Shown in pieces: positions 1 through 9,001 of a stretch of 64,000 bases of DNA (positions are counted from its first letter, which is position 1; the number at the start of each line of letters is the position of its first letter). The stretch comes from Sedimentisphaerales bacterium (GTDB lineage: Bacteria; Planctomycetota; Phycisphaerae; Sedimentisphaerales; Anaerobacaceae). The stretch covers positions 5,280,001 to 5,344,000 of the forward strand of contig OY970194.1 of assembly GCA_963708075.1 (NCBI GenBank), given 5' to 3'. Under the pieces are notes generated by a model. It was not told where the DNA came from, did no database searches, and was given only the letters and a program-made list of their open reading frames with translations. A program made the translations under genes and the position numbers.

Positions 1-1118
1 GGATCGATTGTCACTGCCTTCGCCGCGATGTCGTCACAATAGCGGCAGTCCTCGCAGGAAAGGTGCGAGCATCGGCGCTGCTCGAATCCGTGGATGAAGT
101 CCGCCGGAATCCGGCTCGTGTCGATGCGAAAGGGGTTTCTGTCCAAAGCGAATAACATGCCTTGCTCCCTGAGCATGGCGTAGAACGGCCTGAGCTTCCA
201 GGGCCCGATCTGGCCCGGCCGCAAGAAATGGCGCAGCAGCCAGAAGCGTTGTTTCTCCGGCGCCTTTGTGAACCCGTACGGCAGAATCAGCTCGGCCAGG
301 TTCTCGCCTGAAGTCCGGCTGCTGTAGGCTTTCACCCGCCTGAGCAACTCCGCAGAGGGTATGCCCCTCTCCAGGAGCTTGAAGTGCTCATAACCCAGTT
401 CCTCGTAAAAGCGTACATCTTCCGGCCGAATCCAGCCGGCCTTGATGAGCATGGAAGGATCTTCGAGGCGTTTCATGGTGCAATTCAGGAAACAGTAGTC
501 GATGAACAGCTCGCGCGAGCCGTCGGAGCTGTGTGCGAAGCCATTCTGGTGGTACGGCTGCATCGCGCAGTTCGGCAGGCACGGATGATTCGCGATCAGT
601 TGCAGTTCACCGTCAACGGCTTGGCGGATCGCCCGTAGCGTGGTGAAGTCCCGGTTGATCGAGAAGCTCTCCAGCGTCAGTGCGTCAGCACCGAGGTTTC
701 GCCAGAACCGTGCCCGCCGGGGCGTGTCGATCTGAGCGTAAATCCCGACCTTGACGTAAAACTCGGGGAACGCTGCCTTTATGCGCTCCAGCAGGTAGGG
801 CGTGGAGATCGTGAATCGCCGAATCCCCATGCCGGCCAGCCGGTCGAGCAGACGCATGAGCTTTTTCTGCCAACCCCGGCTCCATTCGCGATTGCCTGAG
901 CACGAGCTGTTGAGCAGGTAGTTGAAACTGATGTCATGACGTTCGAGCTCGGCCACGTAGGCAGCCAAGTCCCTCTTCGTCAGCGGCGTGCCCATATAGC
1001 TGGGCCGCCCGCCCCCGACGAGATCGGCCGGGAACTTGCCGTACACCTCCGCGACCGGAAAGCCGGCCAGCTCCGCAGCCAACTCGCCATCGTAATTGGC
1101 CGCTACCGAAAGCTTCAC
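1..1118 (-). CDS. Peptidase U32 family protein (Fe-S hydroxylase-like superfamily), runs off left edge
   Basis: Hand translation, absent from the ORF track because no stop lies in the window: VKLSVAANYDG..VYGK..GGGRPS..FNYLLNSSC..NRDF..ANHPCLPNC..IDYCFLNC..WIRPED..FKLLER, with C-terminal CxxxxCxxCxxC; GTG start after GGAGGG. Confidence 0.8.
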   Translation of the reverse strand, partial: MKLSVAANYDGELAAELAGFPVAEVYGKFPADLVGGGRPSYMGTPLTKRDLAAYVAELERHDISFNYLLNSSCSGNREWSRGWQKKLMRLLDRLAGMGIRRFTISTPYLLERIKAAFPEFYVKVGIYAQIDTPRRARFWRNLGADALTLESFSINRDFTTLRAIRQAVDGELQLIANHPCLPNCAMQPYHQNGFAHSSDGSRELFIDYCFLNCTMKRLEDPSMLIKAGWIRPEDVRFYEELGYEHFKLLERGIPSAELLRRVKAYSSRTSGENLAELILPYGFTKAPEKQRFWLLRHFLRPGQIGPWKLRPFYAMLREQGMLFALDRNPFRIDTSRIPADFIHGFEQRRCSHLSCEDCRYCDDIAAKAVTID

Positions 1119-1334
1119 ATTTCCCTCCATCTATCACCGGCGATACCCGAAAAGACGTGAACCATCCCTCGGGCCGCACGGCTGTGTCATTCTAAGCAGC
1201 GATGGTCGCGTCAAGCGCAAGCCTGCCGACGCCCCACCCGCTCTATATACAGGCGGATTGCCTGCCGGGCTGTAAGAATGGCGCGCCATTGGACAATTGG
1301 CAACTCAGGCTTTTCCTACACCGTCTCGTAAACT

Positions 1335-1394
1335 GGCGACACCATACTCAATCCAGGACCGAAGATCGAAATAAGTAGGGTCTCTCCGGAATTC
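1335..1394. repeat. Short hairpin element, GGGGACACCATACT family
   Basis: ggcgacaccatactcaat...aataagtagggtctctccggaattc; related copies at 4975, 7064-7270, 7276-7317, 7446 and 37368. Confidence 0.6.
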
Positions 1395-1430
1395 AACGTG
1401 GAAGGCTCACGGTGCCAAGGAGTTAGAGCC

Positions 1431-1889
1431 ATGAAACGCAAAGCCTTATGCTGCAGCATGTCGTTGTTGGTTATCGCCTTGGGATCAGGGTGCCGGATGG
1501 CCGGGCTGATTCGAGAGAATACCGAAGAAATCAAGGCCACGAACCAGGCAGTTTCCAGAAACACGACAGCGGTCGTCGCCACAACGCAGACCATGCAAGA
1601 CCTCGAATCGGCCTTGCAGCCGGTGAGTTCACTGAAAGAGCCCATGCAGGACCTGGCGGCGCTGGGTCCGACGTTCAATAAGGTGGCCGATCTCGACGGC
1701 CCCATGAAGGAATTGGCCGGCCTGCGGGACCCGATGGTGCAGCTCAGCCGGCCCGTGTCGGTCCTCACCCGTCTGACTCCCGTGCAGCTCGCCGCATCGG
1801 TGATTCTCACCATGCTTGCCTTCTTCGTGCTCCTCTTTCTAACGATCTGGGCCGCCGTCCGCCTGGCTTTACGCCATCGTCCTGCTTGA
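1431..1889 (+). CDS. Hypothetical lipoprotein with C-terminal TM helix
   Basis: Lipobox-like LGSGC, internal LxxPMxxL repeats, hydrophobic C-terminus. Confidence 0.65.
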   Translation: MKRKALCCSMSLLVIALGSGCRMAGLIRENTEEIKATNQAVSRNTTAVVATTQTMQDLESALQPVSSLKEPMQDLAALGPTFNKVADLDGPMKELAGLRDPMVQLSRPVSVLTRLTPVQLAASVILTMLAFFVLLFLTIWAAVRLALRHRPA

Positions 1890-2177
1890 AGCGGCTGTTC
1901 CCGTTATTCCCCCGTTATTCCTAATCGCGCCGCCCGGAGCGAGTAATTCCTGATTCAGGACCCCGTCTATTACTCCCCGTCTACCCTTCGGTTACAGAAA
2001 TACAGCATTTCTCTTCACAGAATACAGTATCCACCTTGTTTGTATGTTGGAATGCCGACGGTACCGTGAAGTTTCGAGATGTTCCGAAGCTCTAATGGCC
2101 GGGGAAAGGAAGTGGTCGGCATGCATTGAGAGAAGAAAGCCTGAGGCAAATGTGACAGCTTACTAACCAAACAAACC

Positions 2178-3239
2178 ATGTATATTCAACCCATCTCAAC
2201 TCGAAAGGGGAATGCCATGAAGAAGTATATGCTTTTGACAGTCGTAGCCGCCTTTGGCCTGCTGTCGGTTACGGTGTCAGTCCCAGTTCTCCAGGCGACT
2301 GCGGGGGGCAACACATCAAAGGACTCATCAAAGGACTTCGTTCCGCCGATCGTATTCCAGGCAGCCGGGCCGACCGTAGCGTCAATTCAGGGCACGGTCG
2401 ATGCGTTCCGCGCTGCTCTAGGGAACCCCAACAACGGCAACGCGCCGGGGCCGCTCGCCGGCGGTCGCCGCGAGATCAACTGGGACGGCGGGGGCAACAA
2501 CCAGACCACGGCGGTCGCCGGGAACCCATTCGCGGGCTTTCAGGCCATACGCGGCGCACTGTTCACGACGCCGGACGGGACCGGTTTCGTGCAAGCTCCT
2601 CCTACCGCCGATCCGGCTCTGTTCCCGCCGGGGGGGCTGGCCGGCCTGTTTGACAACCCGACGTACGGGATCATCTTCACCGCGTTCAGCCCGCTGCGGC
2701 TGTTCAGCGCCATCGATAGCACCATCACGGAAGTGGACTTCTTCGTGCCCGGCCCCGACGCCGACAAAAAACCAGCGACAACCACCGCGTTCGGCGCTGT
2801 CTTCACAGATGTTGACCAGCCGGATGGGAGCGGGCCTGGCAAGAAGCACGAAGACCATAGCACCGACACGCTGAGCGAGTACTCGGGTGCCGACACCGGG
2901 TTCGACGCTGCCTCCACAGAGGTTGACCAGGCGGGTGGGAGCGAGCATGGCAAGAAGCATGGAAACCGTAGCGCCGGCACGCTGATCGAGTACTTCGATG
3001 CCGACGGCGAGTTGCTGTTCAGCAGCGTCGTCCCGGCCTCGCCGGGCGATGGGAGCCTTTCCTTCTTCGGCATCCTGTTTGACGACGCGTGCATCGCCCG
3101 GGTGCGGATCACGAGCGGCAACGCGGCCCCGGGGCCGGATGATGATGGGAAACGAGACATCGTCATGATGGATGACTTCATCTACGGCGAACCACAGGCC
3201 TGCGGCTGCGACTCATTGGTGACACTCACCGATAAATAG
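2178..3239 (+). CDS. Secreted hypothetical protein (start may be 2217) with internal 37-aa tandem duplication
   Basis: Signal peptide MKKYMLL..; RREINWDG and MMDDFIYGEP motifs; 111-bp duplication 2784-2894/2895-3005. Confidence 0.75.
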   Translation: MYIQPISTRKGNAMKKYMLLTVVAAFGLLSVTVSVPVLQATAGGNTSKDSSKDFVPPIVFQAAGPTVASIQGTVDAFRAALGNPNNGNAPGPLAGGRREINWDGGGNNQTTAVAGNPFAGFQAIRGALFTTPDGTGFVQAPPTADPALFPPGGLAGLFDNPTYGIIFTAFSPLRLFSAIDSTITEVDFFVPGPDADKKPATTTAFGAVFTDVDQPDGSGPGKKHEDHSTDTLSEYSGADTGFDAASTEVDQAGGSEHGKKHGNRSAGTLIEYFDADGELLFSSVVPASPGDGSLSFFGILFDDACIARVRITSGNAAPGPDDDGKRDIVMMDDFIYGEPQACGCDSLVTLTDK

Positions 3240-3340
3240 TAGTCCATAATAGGTGGCTGTCCCGAAGCTGGGGTCAGGGGTCATCCATATAGGGGGGGCA
3301 GAGGTGTGCGTCAGGGGTCAGGGTCAGTGGGCGTCAGGGG

Positions 3341-4315
3341 TCAGGCTTTGGATTTTGGTGTCCGCAGGGCCTGCCATAGTTTGGCGTTCCGCCGTGTCTT
3401 GTTTTCTTGAGCGACGGCCTTGCTGACGCCATAGATGTTGCCCATGTGCATGGCTTCACTGAACCAGCGATTTGTGACGGCACAGTGCCGCTTGATCCAG
3501 CCGGCAAGGACCACCTTCCATGGAGCCAGCTTTCGGTCTGACGACAGGTCCGCCCCCTTCTTGCCGAGACGCCGCAGACCCTCCTCCAGAAGCGTCTCGG
3601 CTCGTTCCTCCCCATAGCCGGTCCGACCCGCCCCTTCGCCACAAGCAAGATGGCCTTTGTCCAGTTCTTTCACCAGGGCTCTCTTGCCCTCGCGAGTCCC
3701 GATGTACCAGCCCCGGCACAACTGCTGATGCAGCACCGACCGGCGACGGGGATTCCCTTCCTCCGCCATGGCCAGATAGCGATGGTAGCACCGCATCCCC
3801 GCCGCTGTGGGCCTCAGGTCCCCGGCCACGTACAGCCAGTCCGCATTCTCCAGACACACCGGACGCACGCGCTGGAAGAACTTTGGAAAGCTGCTCAGCT
3901 CATGGTCTTTAAGGGTCTCGACGCTTTGGAGGCCCGCCCGCACGGGATTGAGGTGAATATAGTTGACCACCCGCAGAAGCGACTCGCCGCGCTCGATCAA
4001 TAAGGCCTTGTATCGCCCCTGGAACACATGGCCGCGCTCCCTCACGAGCCGGTTGAACCGATTCGCAAACGTGCTTTGCAGCCACTGCATCCCGGACGCC
4101 AGACGGCCGTCGGGCGTCTCCACGCACAGGTGATAGTGATTCGACATGAGCACGTACGCATGCAGACGCCAGCCAAAACGCTCGCACGTGTCAAACAGCG
4201 TCCGCTCAAAGCAGACGCCGGAGTCCTCGACCGTGAACAGGTCCCGTCGGTAGTTGCCGCGATTTAGAACGTGGTACACGGCTCCGGCATATTCAATTCT
4301 CGATTGGCGAGGCAT
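3341..4315 (-). CDS. REP-associated tyrosine transposase (RAYT, Y1_Tnp HUH) with C-terminal HTH-like extension
   Basis: YHVLNRGN, YVLMSNHYHL (HUH), GHVFQGRYKA, YIHLNPVRAG motifs. Confidence 0.92.
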   Translation of the reverse strand: MPRQSRIEYAGAVYHVLNRGNYRRDLFTVEDSGVCFERTLFDTCERFGWRLHAYVLMSNHYHLCVETPDGRLASGMQWLQSTFANRFNRLVRERGHVFQGRYKALLIERGESLLRVVNYIHLNPVRAGLQSVETLKDHELSSFPKFFQRVRPVCLENADWLYVAGDLRPTAAGMRCYHRYLAMAEEGNPRRRSVLHQQLCRGWYIGTREGKRALVKELDKGHLACGEGAGRTGYGEERAETLLEEGLRRLGKKGADLSSDRKLAPWKVVLAGWIKRHCAVTNRWFSEAMHMGNIYGVSKAVAQENKTRRNAKLWQALRTPKSKA

Positions 4316-4321
4316 GACCAG

Positions 4322-4350
4322 AGACTACCGCTCATCGTCCCTCATAGCAA
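4322..4350 (-). promoter_or_regulatory. sigma70-like promoter, leaderless RAYT transcript
   Basis: TTGCTA-N17-TAGTCT-N6-ATG; retained in all three copies. Confidence 0.5.
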
Positions 4351-4353
4351 CAC

Positions 4354-4842
4354 CTAAATCCAAAGCCTGACCCCCCCTGCCCCCCCCGGACGCACGCGCT
4401 GGAAGAACTTCGGAAAGCTGCTCAGCTCATGGTCCTTAAGGGTCTCGACGCTTTGGAGGCCCGCCCGCACGGGATTGAGGTGAATATAGTTGACCACCCG
4501 CAAAAGCGACTCGCCCCGCTCGATCAATAAGGCCTTGTATCGCCCCTGGAACACATGGCCGCGCTCCCTCACGAGCCGGTTGAACCGATTCGCAAACGTG
4601 CTTTGCAGCCACTGCATCCCGCACGCCAGGCGTCCGTCGGGCGTCTCCACGCACAGATGATAGTGATTCGACATGAGCACGTACGCGTGCAGACGCCAGC
4701 CAAAACGCTCGCACGTGTCAAACAGCGTCCGCTCAAAGCAGACGCCGGAGTCCTCGACCGTGAACAGGTCCCTTCGGTAGTTCCCGCGATTCAGAACGTG
4801 GTACACGGCTCCGGCATATTCAATTCTCGATTGGCGAGGCAT
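4354..4842 (-). pseudogene. 3'-truncated RAYT copy 2 (about first 153 codons, contains the catalytic core)
   Basis: Nearly identical to 3341-4315 up to FQRVRP, then joins the poly-C end of copy 1; own end repeat at about 4884-4902. Confidence 0.9.
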
Positions 4843-5144
4843 GACCAGAGACTACCGCTCCCCGTCCCTCATAGCAACACCTAAATCCAAAGCCTGACCC
4901 CTTTTCCCCCTTTTCCCCTTTTCCCTTTCCTTTTCCCCCCTCCTCCTCCTTTTCCCCTCCCCCGGAGCGCCCTGAATTGAGTATGGTGTCCCCCGGCAGA
5001 ATTCAACTCCGGGTGGCAGCGTCAAGCGCAGCTTGGCGATGGTCTTCGCCGTCCGGGACCAGGCCAAGACCGTTTGTGAAATGTGTAGGTTTGACCCCCG
5101 GCTAGGCCTAGAAATCTGTATCCATCTGCTGGGAACTGGGAACA

Positions 5145-5228
5145 GGGTCAACTCTTGACATCTGACGCGATCATCATCGATTGAGAATTCGCCCGTTACT
5201 CCGTCTGTCAAGTGTCAGGAGTTGACCC
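5145..5228. mobile_element. Mini element with 16-bp inverted ends GGGTCAACTCTTGACA
   Basis: gggtcaactcttgaca ... tgtcaggagttgaccc (1 mismatch), tgtcaag stutter. Confidence 0.6.
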
Positions 5229-5256
5229 CAATCCCCCACCCGTTATTCCCGCCGGG

Positions 5257-5688
5257 TCATTCGTACCGCAGCATGCAGAAGCGGTTGCCGCATCCTTTGC
5301 AGCAGGTGAAATGGGTCAGGACCAGATTCCCGGCAAATAAGACCAGGAAAGCAACGAGCAACAGCGGTTGTCTGACAAGCCAGTACAGCGGAAACAGTGC
5401 GACAAAGCCGAAGAACACAGCTACGGCCAGCAGTTCCCCTCCGGTATACGCCCCGGCGGCGCGCTTTGGCATCATGCCGGCCACAAGGCCCATGACGACG
5501 CGATTACACTGGTCATGGACCGGGCATTTCGCACAGAACGCATAAACGAACACCAGCCATACGATGATGCCTCCGACCAGATAGATGCCCGCCGCGGCCG
5601 CTGAGTACCGAGAGATGCCGTACAGTCCGGCAATGACCGAACCGGCAAGCAGGCACAATGCGCTAACACCAGGGAGTCTTCCGGCCAT
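5257..5688 (-). CDS. Cys-rich small membrane protein
   Basis: About 4 TM segments; CAKCPVHDQC and CCKGCGNRFC motifs; AGAAAGGAG RBS. Confidence 0.75.
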   Translation of the reverse strand: MAGRLPGVSALCLLAGSVIAGLYGISRYSAAAAGIYLVGGIIVWLVFVYAFCAKCPVHDQCNRVVMGLVAGMMPKRAAGAYTGGELLAVAVFFGFVALFPLYWLVRQPLLLVAFLVLFAGNLVLTHFTCCKGCGNRFCMLRYE

Positions 5689-5757
5689 GATCTATATTCT
5701 CCTTTCTATCATGCGCCATGCCGCAGGAACGAAAACGGGATCTGTCCCTAGCCATCC

Positions 5758-5911
5758 CGACCGTGAACAGGTCCCTTCGGTAGTTCCCGCGATTCAGCAC
5801 GTGGTACACGGCTCCGGCATATTCAATTCTCGATTGGCGAGGCATGACAGAAGACTACCACTCCTCGTCCCTCATAGCAACACCTAAATCCAAAGCCTCA
5901 AAGCCTGACCC
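5758..5911 (-). pseudogene. RAYT copy 3: end repeat + promoter + first ~29 codons
   Basis: MPRQSRIEYAGAVYHVLNRGNYRRDLFTV then unrelated sequence; end repeat with caaagcct duplication. Confidence 0.9.
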
Positions 5912-6050
5912 CTTTTCCCGACACAAATGAATAGGCGACCGGATCGCTCGTGATCGCTGAGCCGTGTTGCACTTCGAGTGTTAATGCGCCTCTAGCCCTA
6001 GCCGCCTCTAATGGGTGTATTTTTCCGGCTCACGTGGTCGGAAGTACAAC

Positions 6051-6860
6051 CTATCTGTGTCGGTACTTATCCTCAAGGGAACGTGACTTGTTGGCAACCT
6101 CCCTACGCTCAATGGGACGGATGTACAACTCCTTCATAACGTGCTCCAGTATCTTATATGCGTCGAGCAAATCCTCCTGCTTTATGGTGGAATGATGGCT
6201 TGCTTGATTTCCTATGAACCTAATCCCGTGGAGTAGCTTGGCATCAGGGAACTTCTTCTCAAAGAGGCGTATGCGATCAACCAATTTGAGGAGAACCGAA
6301 CCATCGCTGCCAGACTCCTTCGTAGACTCAACTTTTTGGTCGTCAAGCAATGCCTCTACACTATGCCGAATCGCGTTACCGCAGGACGCAGGGTCAGAGA
6401 AGAATGTAGAAAAGGAACGCGTGATTTCATTCCGCAGACTCTTGGGATACCGGTCACCTAATCGAATCATCGGCAAAGGTGGTGTGAAGTACTCTGGCAA
6501 AATCCGAGTGCGTACGGGAAAGCCTCGTTCTTTCGCCAGTTTTGAAGGAATGATCGCTTTGCCCACCACAATTGCAGTCTCGTGGCATGACTTGCATCTC
6601 AGAAAAGCAGAGAACTTCGCCTGCACTTCGTTCATGGACTTCACAACCTTCCCGAGAACCAGGAATGCACTGAGAAGGAGATGGGACTCGAAGTCGATAT
6701 CCTCGAAGTCCTTTTCGTCGTACTGTTTCTGCAACTCTCTGAAGCGAACATCGTTCTTTTTAAGTCGCAATACTCCATCGGAACAGTAAGGGCACGGCAG
6801 TTCGGGGAATGTATCAATGCCACAGAAGGACTTGATCTGGTTCACGATCTCTTGATTCAT
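6051..6860 (-). CDS. DUF4145 (HEPN-like) protein with N-terminal Zn-ribbon
   Basis: CPYC...CKSC; AIRHSVEALL and IRFIGNQASH motifs; lower GC than core. Confidence 0.75.
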   Translation of the reverse strand: MNQEIVNQIKSFCGIDTFPELPCPYCSDGVLRLKKNDVRFRELQKQYDEKDFEDIDFESHLLLSAFLVLGKVVKSMNEVQAKFSAFLRCKSCHETAIVVGKAIIPSKLAKERGFPVRTRILPEYFTPPLPMIRLGDRYPKSLRNEITRSFSTFFSDPASCGNAIRHSVEALLDDQKVESTKESGSDGSVLLKLVDRIRLFEKKFPDAKLLHGIRFIGNQASHHSTIKQEDLLDAYKILEHVMKELYIRPIERREVANKSRSLEDKYRHR

Positions 6861-7084
6861 ATGAGTTCTCTCCGGCCAACAGGGCCCTCATGCTCCCATC
6901 GTCGCACATTCGCCACGCGTGTGTCCCTGGAGACAATTATCCCGCGTACGCGCGGGAGAGGCAAGAGAAAAGTGAATGGGAGGGACTGATTCGGACAGGA
7001 TGTGTGTGAGGGAAGATTCTAGCTTCGGGGGGGCAGACCCCAGTTTCCCCGAACCCACTTGCCGGGGAATCTGGGGACACCATA

Positions 7085-7217
7085 TAATGGCACTAAGTTA
7101 AGGGAATCATGGCTAAGAATGCGTTTTCTCTGCTAGCGAAATCACCGAGATTTCCCATCAAACGAGGGTCTTGCTGGGACTCGAAAGCGGTCAATTACGC
7201 TTAACTTAGTGCCATTA
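7085..7217. mobile_element. IS4-like MITE, 133 bp
   Basis: Perfect 18-bp TIR TAATGGCACTAAGTTAAG; 11-bp flanking duplication gggac[a/g]ccata (7074-7084, 7218-7228). Confidence 0.85.
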
Positions 7218-7489
7218 GGGACGCCATACTCAATGCGGAGCCGAAATAAGTAACATGTCCCCGGAATTCCTTTGTGGGATGTTATGCTCAATTTGGGTTG
7301 AAGTGAGTGAGGTGTCCCGCGATGCTCGGGAGCTCATTCTAAGGACTGCCCTTCGAAATCGCCATAAGTCCGGACTCTCGAAGTACCTCGGACTTCCCGT
7401 CGTCCCTTCTTATAGCGTCGGACTATTCCCCTAACAGTAATTCTGGAATTCTGGGGACACAATACTTATTCCCTCGTCCCATCGACGCT

Positions 7490-7646
7490 TTGATTGGGCT
7501 CTCCAACTCGTTCACTCATCGCACTCATTTCGACTTCTCAACATTCATATGACCCGCCTTGGGCTCCAACTTATTCGTCGCAGGTTGATCCGGGGCGTCT
7601 TCCTGAGAGTATTATGGCAGTCAAGGGCGGGAAGGCAAGGGAAAAG
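7490..7646 (-). repeat. Promoter-containing degenerate direct repeat, copy B (copy A about 8240-8396)
   Basis: ggttgatccggggcg.cttcctg.ga.tattatggc...caagggcgggaag.caagggaaaagc shared; TTGNCT..CATAAT on minus strand. Confidence 0.65.
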
Positions 7647-7797
7647 CGACAATGGAAAAGTGATATGTGATAAGTGATAGGGAAGCAGGGACAATGCTGG
7701 GGCAAGCCGTGCCCTACAGGCCGAAGTAATTCCGGAGATATCACACTTATTTCCTCGTTCTCATCGGTGGTTCCGGCGGGGTTTGCGCTTCTGCGGC

Positions 7798-8166
7798 TTA
7801 TTCTCCTATGACAAAGAGGCCGAATATCATGAGGCCCAGAGATGTAAAACCGCCGGCCAGGGAGCTGAGGATCCACTCGGCGCCGGGGCTCTTTGGGGCC
7901 AGGGCTACCAGAAGGCGGCGTAACCGGTCGGTGAATGCCGGTGGCGGGTATACCCTGTTGATCAGGCATTCGGCGGCGCCGAGCATCAGGATGCAGGCCG
8001 TGATGAGGGACGCGATGGCTGTGTACAGCATCCATTTGTGGCCGGAGGTCGTGTAGAGGGTGTTCAATAGCGTGACTTCGCCGCCCGTCATGGCCAGAAG
8101 AAAGGTGACCCATGTCTTGAGAAAATCGAGACGCAACTGGACTCTTGTTTCATCGCTGAGGGTCAT
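7798..8166 (-). CDS. Small hypothetical membrane protein
   Basis: 122 aa, three hydrophobic segments, GAGAGG RBS. Confidence 0.65.
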   Translation of the reverse strand: MTLSDETRVQLRLDFLKTWVTFLLAMTGGEVTLLNTLYTTSGHKWMLYTAIASLITACILMLGAAECLINRVYPPPAFTDRLRRLLVALAPKSPGAEWILSSLAGGFTSLGLMIFGLFVIGE

Positions 8167-8843
8167 ACGCGTCCTCTCGGGAACAATAGAACAACAGGGA
8201 CCATTGCTTGTTCGACTCCTATTCTATCGCGCTCTCCTCTCGGCTCTCCAACTGCCGCACCTATCGTACGCATCCGGACCTCTCCACATCCATACAACTC
8301 GCCTCGGGCTCGAATTCATCAATCACGGGTTGATCCGGGGCGACTTCCTGGGAATATTATGGCGGGGGCAAGGGCGGGAAGACAAGGGAAAAGCCCTTGG
8401 ATTGATGATCGATGATTGGGAAGGGAAGTGGGAAGTTTGATGTTTGAGGTTTGAAGTAAGAGGGTCGGGCGGCGGGGTGCCGGGATTGCGGATGTGCGAT
8501 TGATGACCGGGGACGCTGTCCCCGGACCCCTGGCATTTTTCGCTTTCTGCCAGCAGCATGATAGGAGAGCAATGTGAGGCGATGAGTCCATGGCTTCCGG
8601 CTGACATGCTATTGGCCCAAGGCGGCAAATGCCGGGGGTTTGGGGGCAGCGCCCCCGGAAAGCCACCGTGTGCAAGGCCCGCAGGCCCGCAGGCGTTGGT
8701 TACGGCGAGAGGTCGCGTCGGAGTCACTCGGATGATCACAGCCGAGGGCGGCTGTGCTACATGTCTCCGCCTGGCTTCCTTAGTCCTTGGGGGACAAGAG
8801 TTTAGGAAATATGCAACAAATCGCGATTTTGCGGATATTTGTG

Positions 8844-8872
8844 TTGACCCAAGAGTATGGGGGATATACCAT
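8844..8872 (+). promoter_or_regulatory. sigma70-like promoter of HNH-AP2 gene
   Basis: TTGACC-N17-TACCAT. Confidence 0.5.
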
Positions 8873-9001
8873 AGGCCTGAGACCCATCTGAATATCGAAA
8901 TTCGAAGTAAGCCCAGAGGCTCGCGCCATATGCCGCCGGCTCGTGCCGGGGCGGCAACTGAGAACCGACAACTGTCAACTGGGATCTGTTGAGGAGGCAT
9001 C

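Larger units (their letters stand above)
3337..4374 (-). mobile_element. Complete RAYT element bounded by 19-bp inverted repeats GGGGTCAGGCTTTGGATTT
   Basis: ggggtcaggctttggattt at 3337 and aaatccaaagcctgacccc at 4356-4374; the stop codon lies inside the repeat. Confidence 0.8.
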
